This document shows, piece by piece, positions 1-18,800 of a stretch of 64,000 bases of DNA. This DNA comes from Paraspadella gotoi. Lineage: Eukaryota; Animalia; Chaetognatha. The DNA lies in contig CM119263.1 of assembly GCA_051294375.1 (NCBI GenBank), positions 31,844,750 through 31,908,749 of the forward strand, read 5' to 3'. The position numbers and the translations under genes were made by a program. The notes under the pieces were generated by a model that saw nothing but the letters and a program-made list of their open reading frames with translations, searched no databases and was not told where the DNA came from. Position 1 is the first letter of the stretch, and each line of letters starts with the position of its first letter.

Positions 1-533
1 TGAGCTGGATATTTGATGGAATCGTGCGAGTGGAAATGAGTTTAAATGAAAAAAAACAAACCTGTTTCACTATTTGACTATGCTTTTTTTATATTAAATA
101 TATATGTAGGAAGTATTAATTAATCAAATAATTAATCAGTTAATTAATTAATCAATTAATTAATCAATAATTAATTAATAAGTCAATTAATCAATCAATA
201 TATTAATCAATAAATGAATTTATTTATCTATTAATTAATTATTCAATCAATCAATTTATTTATCAATAAATTAATTATTTAATCTATCAATCAATCAATA
301 AAGTAAGTCAATCGGTATCGGCTTTATTGTCATCGTCGCCATCATCATCATCGTTGCGTTTGTCGTGATCAGTGACGAAAAGATCTAAAAACAAACATTT
401 TGCATCAAATTAACTAATTAGGCAATTAATTAATTAATTTAAATAATAATTAATAAATTAATTAATTACCGCTAATGATCGTGGGCAGATCTTTTTTTCT
501 TTCTTCTCCTTCTTAATTTTATCTTTTTTTTCG

Positions 534-1036
534 GCCATATTATCCGAAAACGCCCCATTGAACGAATGTTTTTTAGTTTTTTAGGTTAATTATTATTATG
601 TAACGGGTTTTGGACTTGGAACCAGACTTGAAGGTTTTCAAGGCCCCCAAAGCAGTTTACGGTCATCCTCACACCTTATCAGAATTAATTTTTTTTTTAA
701 ATTTTAAAATTTTTTTTAATATTATATAACAATATAATAATTTAATAAATTAGAAAATTATTTATAGTTCAGAACATTTTTACAAAAAAATATTTTAATT
801 CAAAAATGAATACCAATAATAGATTTAATTAATACTATTTTAAAAAAAAATTAAATTTGGTCGGCCAATGCTACTATTAGGGATTGACCCTAGTACCTAA
901 AAGTTATTAACTTATTACTCATTAAATAATATTATCAGTTTATAACTGAGATATTTAACTTATTAACAAAGTAAATTTTTAAAATTAGTTTTAAGAATTA
1001 CAAACCGAAATGGGGCGCTCTCGGAAATTGGAGCCC
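534..1036. mobile_element. MITE-like element with ~25-bp imperfect TIRs (GGCYCTTTTCCGAGAGCGCCCCATT family)
   Basis: ggccatattatccgaaaacgccccatt at 534 is an imperfect inverse of aatggggcgctctcggaaattggagcc at ~1009-1036. Related termini occur at 3370-3452 (three tandem copies), 4432/4690 and ~8960-8985. Confidence 0.5.
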
Positions 1037-1714
1037 CTTTTTGGAATTATATCAACTTTAAATCCTAATTTCGACGCAAACAATTTATTAAAGTTAGATT
1101 ATACATGATATTCATCAATAATTGTGTTGTAAAAAAATTTTTGCACCATTTCGTTTATTCATGAATTGATTTATCATCGAATTCTATGTTGAACTATATT
1201 TTAGTATAAAAATAAAAGTTGACTTTTTTAATGTAAGAAAATACTCATTTTTAAAAATTTTTATGATCAGAATCTGATGTTTATAAAACAGTTTAATATA
1301 TCTTGTTTTAAACTATTTGATTTAATGTTAAATATTTGTAATGTGATATATAAATAGTTATTCATTTAATAAAAAAAGTGTTTCTTAACTTGCATTGTTT
1401 TATGACTTTTATCCGGCACAAAAATCACAAATATATCCTTAAATTATGTTATTTCCTTTCTTTTCGTTGTGTATATATAGTTAGAGAAAACAAATAAATA
1501 AATTTAAAAAAATCCTTGTTATCAAACAAACAAACTTTGTTTTCTCTAATCTTAAAATTAATAATTCTTATAAATTTAATAATAATCGATACAATTTATT
1601 TTTAATATTATATAAATTCTTTAAAAAACCTTCGTTAGATTACACAGAAACATAAGCACAAACAACGTTTAACGTTACTTCATCTCACTGAAAATTATCA
1701 ATCATATTGACTAT

Positions 1715-2338
1715 TAGGGTGGAGTGATGAAAAGATTGAGTGATTGAACATTATTTTTTTGCTGCCTATGGACATATAATTAATGAATTTTAAATCCTTT
1801 TAAAAATTTTTTTAGCATAACAGTATAGCAAATTCAATTATTTATGTAGTAATATCCTTATAAAATCGTTAAATTTCAAAATAATTTTTTTTTATTTTTA
1901 AGAACTGATTTGGATTCGCGGTAAAAAACTAAGAAACTTTTATAAAATATGTTATATGATATTTTAATGTTTAGATCACAAAAAATGACTAAAACGTTTT
2001 AACATATATAAGTTTCTACTACAGAGAATAAAAAAGTCAGGAATTTTTACCTTTTTCTTATTTTAAACATTGAAGATGACAGAATTTTTGATAACATGTT
2101 TTATATTTTTGATTCAACTTTTTATGAAGAATCTGAATCTTTATTAAAAGTTTTATAAAAATTATTTTAAAATTTACTATTTTATAAGGATATTACTACA
2201 AATATATTATATTTTGCTATTCGTTCCCAAGATAATATGAACGAAATATTTTTGTACTAGTTAATCATACTATCTCACATCTAAATATCATTGTTCGATC
2301 ATTCAAATAAATTTTTTGTTCTTGAGTGCTCCACTCTA
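1715..2338. mobile_element. hAT (hATm-like) MITE, 624 bp
   Basis: TIRs TAGGGTGGAG / CTCCACTCTA, with a perfect 8-bp TSD ttgactat at 1707-1714 and 2339-2346. A closely similar copy lies at ~55597-56194. Confidence 0.85.
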
Positions 2339-3369
2339 TTGACTATTATATGAGTTATGACTCATTGAAATTCTGGCGACCGCATTTTTAACTGATCACG
2401 TGACTACCAAGTATAAAACCTAAGCATCTCATAGTACACAACCTTTCTATCGAGTATTATCCCAAATTCTTAAATGATTAAGTTAAGCATTTAAGTGAGA
2501 CAAGTCAACAGACCAACAGTTACTTCACGAGTGATGGCGGCTAAACTTATAGGGGTCAGTTTCTGCTTTATGGTTTAAAAAAAAACGACTCTTTATTCTG
2601 GTCGTCGTTGGTCATAATCACGCTAGAATATTATTAATATAAATTAAACTAAATATTTTATTTAATCATCCAACTTATCAATTTACTCCTATTTTAGCTC
2701 ATAATGTTTAAAATTTAAAACGGTCCCAATTTTAACGTGTCTCTATACACCATACTCATTGACATTTAAGGAAAAACTCATGGATTTTTATTGGCGAAAT
2801 CGAGATAATATTTTATTCTGAGAATAATAGTGACTGCGAGATCCACGCAGAAGTCCTGTTCAATTTTTTTCGCTGTCTCGAATCTTAGAGACTACTAGCG
2901 CTTCCTTTTGTTTTAAATAAATGTATAAAGAAATGATAAAATTTCGATACATACTTATCAAAAATACACTGCGCAACTTGGGCTAATAAATAAGAACAGT
3001 CATTGCAATCTCAACTGTCATAAATGGCATGGATATTATTTCTGTAAGAATAAAAATCATCATCTTATAACTATCTAATCAAACGTTCTTTCGGCTCAAA
3101 AACTAAAATTATTTACCTTAAAGAAAAATGAACCAACTAAGAGTATTGTTCATTTATCGTGTTTTTTAAAATCTTAACAATACCAATGTTTTTTGAACAA
3201 TTTTCGACAAAAGTTAAATTATTACAAGGTCATTGTAATTCTTATCACTGGGGGGAAAGGAGATTCCATCAAGGAATATGAAAAATATAATAATTGGATT
3301 TATAAAAAACCACGACACTTTGAAAAAAATATATATAAGTGGCGATGAACCTTGGATTATATTTTTTTT

Positions 3370-3730
3370 GGCTCTCTTTTCCGAGAGTGCCCCATTTCTG
3401 GGCTCTCTTTTCCGAGAAAGCCCCATTCTGGGATCTCTTTTCCAAAAATGCCCTAATAATGTTATATTTATCAGAGAATTTAATTTTAAACCTTGATATA
3501 TGTTTTTAATCTAAAAATCCCCAACCTTAATCCTTAACTTAAACTTAATCATAAACCCTAACCCTATTCACTAATTTTTAAACTTAACTCCTAACCTTAA
3601 ATGCTGATCCCTAACCCTAATTACAAACCAAGTCCCTAACCTAATCCCTAACCACTAATATAATAATTAACTTAAAAAACTATCCTAAATTTAATATTAA
3701 ATGGGAATTCAAGGAAAATAACACCAATTT
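3370..3730. repeat. MITE-like repeat with triplicated terminus and degenerate (CCCTAA)-like interior
   Basis: Three ~30-bp copies of ggctctcttttccgagagtgccccatt(t/c)tg, followed by degenerate cctaa/ccctaa runs at 3490-3660. The same architecture occurs at 4432-4690. Confidence 0.5.
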
Positions 3731-5601
3731 TTTTTTGGACAAAGTTTAAATCAAAGCTGAACTTATGATTGAAATGTGCTCCGTGTATAAAGCTAAGAAA
3801 AACTATTATATTGCAAAACAGAATTATAAAATTGGAACATGAAACAAAAAATAATTAATTTTTTCAAAAAATTAAGGATTTTTATCCTAAGCCTAAGCGA
3901 CTTTGATTTAACCTTTTCCAATAACTAAAAAAAAAAAATTCTGTTAAATTAAGTGTTAAGGGTGAAAAACGGTTTAGGATCTTAATGATTTGAGGTTTTA
4001 ACACAAGACACGGGTGACGGTATAAAACACTAAAACATTTGCATTCCTTGAATGATACGCAAAGGAGGGAACTTTTGTTATCCTCTTGATAATAATAAAC
4101 CTTTGTTTTAGAAAATCCACTTTACTAAAACAATAAAATATTTAAAAATATTTAGTTAAAAAGTAAAAATAACAATAATTAAAATTTAAAAAAATAAAAA
4201 TTGTCTATAAAATATTAAAAAAAAATTTTGTACCAAAAGAAAGATAAATTAAAAATAATATAAAGGCAGAATAATTTTTAAAATAATAAATTGAATGCAA
4301 AAAGTAAGAGAATAAATTTGTTTACAAAATTTTAAAAAGTTAAAAAAAACTAAAACCTTAATTAGATAAATTAGAAAATTAAGTTTTTTTACTTGCGTAT
4401 GAAGTCGTGGCTTTTTACCCAATAAATAAATGGCTCTTTTCCGGGAGTGCCACATTTTTATTTTATTATCTTAAAATCTAATTATAACCTCAACTTATAT
4501 TCTTATAATCCAATGCCTAACCTTAACCTAATCCTGAACCCTTATCCTAAATTTCTTAACATAAATCTCTAATATTCATAACGAACCAATGTCTTATTTT
4601 AATTATTAACCTTCTCCCTTACCTAATTCCTAAACTTTAATTTTAACTAAAGAATTTAAATAAAAAAGGGGCGTTCGGAAAAAATAAAGCCATATAAATG
4701 TTAACCGATTGTTCTGTTTTTAATATAAAAGATAAAAAGGTAATACTTTTAGCAATTGGATCATCAAAAAGTTTTACTCAACTTTTTACTTCATTTTTTT
4801 GCTCAATATCACAAAATAAATACCTATTCGTATATACTGCTCTAAAATAACGTTAAGCTATCGGATAAACCATATAAAATATATTTTTCGTATTATCTTC
4901 AGGTTATAAAGCCCAAAGCGATTGTAGATACAGACAAAAAAGGTAGCAGCATAATGCGATACACCAGGGAATTGGCTAGTTATAACAGTGTGATTGGCAA
5001 ATTACGGCATTACGGCTTTAACCACAATTCTGCATACTTTTTTAATTGTTCAATGTTCATATAAAAAAGGAAATTTTTATAAACTTTTTTACAAGCAACG
5101 GTTATTGTTATTTAAAATAAGATCTTTACCTGTCGATAATTAATTACAGCTAACTGAATCAAAAAGAATATAAAATAGAATGTGAACAGAGATATGAAGA
5201 TTCTCATTTATATGCTTTGTAAAATATGTTTTAATTAATTTGAAATTATTTTAATGGTTAAAAACATTCAGTCTCTTTGTCCACATTTTGAATATATATT
5301 AAATGCTTATAAAATAATAATAGTAGAAGACATATTAAACCATATTAAGAATTGTATCACAATATCAGAAGACATGGCAACTTTTTAAATGAAATCGTAA
5401 AAGACGGATTAAAAAGTTTTATGAAGATGTCGGAGATGAGTAATCCATTATGAAATTTTGGAACAATATATTATTTTTGTAAAATATAAATTGATATTGC
5501 CATGTTATATCTGGAACTGGGCCTCTGGAGTCATGACAAGAAGATTCTGCAAAAGTGAGCAAGTTGATGGCTGCAGATTTTTGCAGTTTTGCACAAGGAC
5601 A

Positions 5602-11663
<6,062 letters not shown>

Positions 11664-12742
11664 CTTTAGTGCAACAGCCGATTCTGGTTTGATGGGCAAT
11701 ATTTTACATTAACCTCTTTACGTAGCCAATACGTAGAATTGAACCTGTAAATATTAAATTGTAATAATTAATTATTTTACTATCTCTCTCTCGGCAATGC
11801 CAATAGTCAATTTTAGTATTTTCTGACATGTACTCAAATAACATGAAATAGCATTTTAGCATGAACGGGATCTATGTTTAAAGACTTAATTTGTACATTG
11901 TATATTATGAACATTTGAATTTTTTTTACCTCTTGTAAATATGTACGAATGTACCTTCAATTTAAAATTGTTATTGTGCTATACTTTCACATATTGAGTT
12001 TAATAAATAAAATATTCTGTGTGTGTCTCTCTCTCTCTCTCTCACCTGTACAATAATAGTCAGGGACTTATATCTTTAATTAAGAATAAAGATTGACTTA
12101 TACCCTTTTCGCCCATGGCGCTCAAATCGAGAAATCTGGAAACAAATTTGTTCAAATAAATATATGAAATTGGTAGAAGTAGTGAAGAAAGAAAAAGCGT
12201 TCGATATTACTAGTTATTTATTTAAAAGTTAATTATATTCTGAGACTTAGTCTAATTTTTTTTATTGTACTAAATCAACCTTGTTGTATTCGAATATAAT
12301 CACATATATTCTTCGTTAACCTATATTTACTTCTTCTTATTTCTTTACAAGCAAATTTATAATTCAATTGAAAATTCGCTAGAAGTTAATTAAGTTTAAA
12401 TAAAAATAATAAAATGACAAAACGTTTATACTTTCGTACTGATTGGTTTATCGTTTTGTTGATTGATTGATTGCTTGGTCGCTTTAGAATAAATTTTAAA
12501 AACAAAAGAAAAATAAATTAACAAAATTTACCTGCAATCGAATCGCTTTTTACATTTGATGACACAATAAAATATCCCAAAAGTGAAATAATAAAGTAGT
12601 TCTTCACGTAAAAATCTGGAGATTAAAAGATTAAAAGAGATAGAGACAGAAAGAGAGAGAGACAGAGACCGAGACGGCTGCTTTTTTCAGATCGAGGCAA
12701 CACTCTTCTCAAACGAGACTTTGCTTTCTATCTGTCAAAAGC

Positions 12743-12756
12743 GTTGCCATGGTCAC
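12743..12756. promoter_or_regulatory. RFX X-box-like motif in the shared PIP4K2/CFAP20DC upstream region
   Basis: GTTGCCATGGTCAC, a near match to the palindromic X-box GTTGCCATGGCAAC, ending ~93 bp before the ATG of a CFAP20-domain gene. Confidence 0.65.
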
Positions 12757-12848
12757 AGAGGACGCTCCTTCCCGAATTCCTCTAAGGAAAGAACAAAAGT
12801 TTTTGTAGACTTGATTTTTTTGGCGAAAAATAATAAATATTTAAAAAA

Positions 12849-15800
12849 ATGTTTAAGAACGAATATCAAGGAGGGAATATGGTTGAGATATTTTCTGCTC
12901 ACGGTCGAGATCCACTTTCGAGATGGAAACTTCCTTCAAATGGATTTGAGAAAGAATTCGATAAAGAGGTAAGTGTCGTGTCTGAGAAAGAAATTACCAA
13001 GAACTTACCACGAGTAGAAGATTAAGGGAAAGTTTATTATCTTATTTGCAATTTGAAGACAGAATAAAATTAGTTTGAGGTTAAGAACGAAATTTAATTC
13101 TTATTAATGTTTGGATTTGTTGATGTACACGTCGTTGTTGTTGTCGTTTTTCTAGCGAGAATAAGTCGACCAGAAAGATTTTCTTACGTATATTACATAT
13201 TTATTTACCGTCCCATAATGTAATCTAAAATTATTGCATTATATATATCTATTATAGTCTTTACTATCAGGCCAAGTCCTACATTTTCAAACTGGAGGGT
13301 AGCCCGAGCGTGATCAAAATGACCTTACCCAAAGACCCGAAACAAACGCTTACCCTGTATCAGAGATTTCTGGTTGTACAATGTCTGATACCAACGGGAA
13401 GCGAATTCAGTATAGGTAATTCGAATTTTTTTAATTACTTGTAGTAATAGTTTTATTTTTAATAATTTTAAATAATACTTTAAAAAGGGTCCTTTTATAC
13501 AATTAGGACATGCGTTGAAATACTATACCACTTTATTGTTAGGGAAGCTAGTAAACTGGACTTAATTGAGGGCGTGTTAGGTCTTGCTATGTTTTCATCT
13601 TGAAAGTCAGATGGAGGCCTCAATGCACAATAGCCAGTCTAAAGAGAAAGATACTTTATTTAATAAATTATTGGTTCTATACCAATATCATAACTGAATC
13701 CCTTAAATATTGCACAGATCTTGCTATCACGGATCTGACCACCGTCAAAAAAAGACTCTTACTATCGACGAGTTTCAAAGAAGTTTACAAAACTCCGCTG
13801 CACGTTAAAATTCCACTCTCGATTCTTAGAAAAGGATCTTGGACAAATTTGTGCCTCGATCTCGTTTCCATGGTAACGGAGACGTGGAAAGGACAACAAT
13901 TTCGATCTCTGGACGCGATCAGTATCTCTGCCTCGTGCAAAGTTAAACGTCTCTTCACCTTAAAGACTCAACCGATTGATACATCGAACGATCATCAACT
14001 TTACGGCATCGACGTTAATCAAGACGATGTCTTTCTTCTCCCGAAGATGGCGCAGATGCATCCGGATGTCGCCACAGTGACGCAGGTGCATCAAGGATGT
14101 AGATAGTGTGACGCAGGTGTAACAAGGATGTAGATGGTGTGAGGCGAATGCAGGAATGAGTGGATGTTTTGGGTTGGGAGACCCAGCACGAGGGTTTCTC
14201 TTAGTTAAGTGGGAAGGAATGTTTGAGTTAAAATATGAAAAAAAGATATCAGCAATTAAGATAAATAGGAAATTAAGTCAAACAAAAATAAATCAATAAA
14301 TATCAATAAGTAAATATATAAATAAATAAAAATAAATATATATAAATAAATAAATATATAAATATCATTCAAACTTTAAAGGACCAAAAAAGAAGTGAAT
14401 AAACAATAAAATCTTTTTATTATTAATTGCAAATGACCCTCGAAATATTTGTACACCCCTGTCTCCCCCCACGCCCCTCCTCAGGTGATCAATATGTCAA
14501 AAATAACCGCAGCCGAAAGATGGCAGCACCAGTCTCTCTCCGCTTTGGACATTGTGGGAAAAAAGAAAAACTTATCGAAAAAAATTGAAAACAGAAAACA
14601 GAATTTGGTTGACGAAACAGAAAAAACGGGAAAAGAAACGAAGGAAAAAACTGAGAAACGGATTTTTGATGAAGAAGCTTTGCTCACTCTGTCTCTATCC
14701 TCCAACGAAAACAAAACGGGAAAAGAAACGAAGGAGAAAACAGAGAAACAAGGATTGAAACGAAGAAGCCGCCTCCCGCGCCCGTCGGAGCGGACCAGCG
14801 GATTGAATCGCGTCCGCAGCGCGAGCAAAGATAGAGACAGAGACGAATTAGCTTCAGTTGAAGTCGGAAGGAAATTGAAAAAAGTTGGTAGCGAACCGTC
14901 GATGGACGAATCCAACTTAGAAGGTCTAAGGATCGAATACACGCGGTTTCGATCGACCGAAGATGTCCGATCATCGAAAGTGACACACGGAAATGACCTT
15001 TTTCTATTCCGATGCCCGCCAAAGCAGCGTCAACCTTCTCCATGTTGGATCGAGACGGGTCATGGGGCAGAGAGGGAGACAGCGGGGGGAGGAAAGAATG
15101 AGGGCAGCGTAGCAGGGAAAACTGACAGCAGCGGAGCAGCAGGTCGGAAGAGCTTCGCTCGACCTGAAGACGATTTTCGACTTCAAGACGCGAGCGAAGA
15201 TGAAAATTTTGATCCCATCGAAGCAACAACGAAAAGAGCAAGAATTCCATCCATAGTTCGTCATAGAGATCGTCGTAGCCCGCGGCGAAGACGAAGTGAA
15301 AGGCAAAGACGATCGTCGTTGAGATCCGGAGATGAAGATGAAGGGAGTTTAGAGGGATCGACAGCAGCGCAGCAGGAAAGAGCGACAGCGACGGAGCAGA
15401 AAGTATTGGCAGCTGCGGAACCGGAAAGAATGACAGCAGTGGAGCAAGAAATAATGACAGCACGGCAGCAGGAAACACTGACAGCAGCACAGCAGGAAAG
15501 ACTGACCGCAGCGGAGCAAGAAAGACTGACAGCAGCGCAGCAGGGACGGTTGTCCGCAGCGGAACGGGAAAAAAAGACAGCAGCGGAGAAAGAAATAATG
15601 ACAGCACGGCAGCAAGAAAAACTGACAGCAGCACTGCAGGGAAAACTGACAGTAGCGCAGCAAGAAATTAGACTGAAGCTGCCTCCGCTGAAACGAGACG
15701 TTGAAAAAAATATAGGAGAAAGAGAGGAAGGGAGGGAAGAGGAGAAGAGGAGAGAGGAAGAGAGGAGAGAAGAAGAGAGAAAGAGAGAGGAAGAGAGAAA

Positions 15801-18800
15801 AAGGGAGGAAGAGAGAAAGAGAGAGGAAGAGAAAAATAGAGAGGAAGAGAGGAGAGAAGAAGAGAGAAAGAGAGAAGAAGAGAAAAATAGAGAGGAAGAG
15901 ATAAAGAGAGAGGAAGAATATCAAGAAGCAGTGAAATATGAAAATATTTTAAGGAGTTTGGATGAAGAAGAGGAGGAGAGAGGAGGAGAAGAGGAAAAAA
16001 AAAGAGACTCGAATATTGAAATGAAAAAATCAGAAGTTGGAAAAAGTCAAACGCCTTTATCAAACGCCACCATGAGTGAGTGAAAATAATCAATTTTATT
16101 GTACCCCGTGTCCCTTCGCGAGTGACACCAAAAAAATATTTTCTATACTTTAAATATTTAATAAATATAATTCATAAGTATATCATTAGTTAGAGAACTA
16201 CTGAACGTTTTTTATGTATAAGTTTAATTTCGTGTTTAATTCATTTACTTATCTATGTTTAATTTAATCTAACACAGTAAAATTGGCGAAAAAAGATCAT
16301 TTTAGGCGTGTTCTTGATTGAATTTTTAAAAAATTTGCATCATAAGAAATCCCTATTAATGGTCAAATCAATGGCGTATATGAATTATCGTAATGTTGAG
16401 TAATTTCTGAGAAATATTTTTTTATTTATTTTTATAATTTTAAATCTTAAGTTTTCTTTATACAATTCGTCCAATTAGAAAAAAATGTTGTCCTGAGCAT
16501 GTTCTTTAATATTTTGAATAATTATTTTACATCGTACGGATTCCCAGATATTTCCTAATTTAATGGTGTAAATTAATTTTAATAATTTTAAGTAATTATT
16601 GAGTAATTAATTTATAATGATTTTTTTTAAAGATTAAGTTTTTTACTGAAGATGAAATTGGATGAACTTTAAAGAAATGTTGTTTGACATAAGTAAATAT
16701 CAAATTAATCTATGAAATTAAAATATAATTAATGTCCAATACTTTGCTATAGAATGAGGAAAGAAAATTTAAAAAAATATTTATCCAATGAGAAATGATA
16801 CGCATTTTTTTTGGTGTCACTCGCGAATGGACAAGGGGTATAGTTTTATAAGAAATCCCCCTCCCCCCCAAAAAAATAAACATTCATTATTCTCAGAAAA
16901 AAATCAGATTCATTCTGAAGTAAATGCATTGATTAATATATTAATATTGTAAATAATATGAATAAAGTTGACGAAATATACAGACTTTTTTATAAAGATA
17001 ATATAAATCATCACTGCATTTAATATTGTACAATTTATTTTTATATAATCTTGAACATCTTCATGCGCCTATTTCGTAGTGGACACCTTCGAAGCAGAGA
17101 TGCTCGCATCCCTTAAAAGACAACAGCTCGAAGATTTGGCCGACACACCCACTACTTCGCCCCGACGTAAAGCGAATTCGGTTTCCATGGAGATCAAGAC
17201 GCGAAAATCGACTTCGAAAATATCGGGAAACGGTGAGAAATAAAAAAAAAAGACAACTGTGGTGAATCGAAAAATAATTATCTTAGTGTAATGAGTGATT
17301 AAAATCGTTAATTATGAATTTTTTAACCCAATTGGATTGATTGATTTTGTCATTTTAGATAATTAATTATCAATTTTAACATTAGCTTCGCTTTCCTTGA
17401 CAGAAATCGATTCAAATTCGGAGAAAAAGTCTGAAATGAAAATTGAAGAAAAATCAAGCGAAAAATTCGAAAAACATGTTTATCACGACGACAGTGATTC
17501 TGACAACTCAGGTTAATAATGAGAATAAATAATTATAATAATAATAATGGTGAGATATAATGGAGAGAGAGAGGGAGACTGCTTAATAAAGCGTAGTAAA
17601 AATATTAAAATCAAGTAGAATCAAAATTCGAATAGTAGATGACGAACATTTAAAGAAACTTTTAAAAAATATTAAAAAAAAAAACAATAGAAATTTTTAT
17701 TTTTAAATTTTCGCATACAGTCATATTTATACATAGTACTCACCATAGAAATGTTAAAATTTTAAAATATTTTTTTTCTTTTTTTTTAAGCAGATTCGAA
17801 TTCCTAACTTAATGAAATAATTTTAGATTAAGACTTATATGTATAAATATGGGCGTTTGCTAAAATTGAGAAATTTAGAGAAAAAACAAGTTTGAGCAAA
17901 CAATGTCGGATCTGCCCACGATCATTATCGGCAATTAATTAATTAATAATTAATAATCATTATCGGCAATTAATTAATTAATAATTAATTAAAGTTAATT
18001 AACTAAATTAATTTTTAATCCGAAATGTTTGTTTTGATTGATTAATTGACTGATTAATTAATTATTGATTAATTAATTGACTAATTGATTAAGGAACTGA
18101 TTAATTATTTTATTAATTAATACATCTTGCATTTACATTTAATATAAAAGAAAAAGAAGCATAATCAATTAGTGAAACAGGTTTTTTGTTTTTTTCCATT
18201 TAAACTCATTTCCACTTAAACGATTCCATCGAAACTTGATTTTCAGCTTAATCACACATTTTCCTACTCACATACAAAATTTCAGGTCAATCGCCCAATC
18301 CACTCATGAGTAAATGGTGTTCAAATAATGAAATATATTTTTTTGTTTTTTCCATATCCAGCTCAATCACACACTTCCCTACCCACACACAAAATTTCAT
18401 TCCAATCCATCCATCCAATCACGAGTAATTAGAGTTTTTTGCTAAGGTGGGACGGACGGACAGACAGACGGACGGACGGACAGACATCATTTTTTTTGCA
18501 TAATTTATCATAATTTGATGTTCTGACATGATATAAGTGAATGCCCGACAATATTGAGGGGGCGGACCGACGGACCAACAAAGTGAATTATAGAGTCAGA
18601 ATATGCTAATTATTCGAATTTTGATCTGCAACTTTCACTACGCCTTACGGCTTAATCAACCATATCTCGTACATTTTTAGTCATTTTTAAAAGTAGTACT
18701 CAGAAAATGGTGATAACAAATAATTTAATGATTAATGACAGATTGATTTTTATGATAAGCGCTCATACTATTTCCAGATGACACAACCCTGTCCACAACG

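Noticed and set aside
3490-3660. Telomere or interstitial telomeric array
   Set aside because: The CCCTAA-like units are highly degenerate and recur between the same inverted termini (also 4480-4650, 8830-8935), so they look like MITE interiors.
14481-16093. Several long minus-strand ORFs
   Set aside because: Antisense shadows of the repetitive CFAP20DC exon 4; the same holds for the plus-strand ORFs at 33059-33926.
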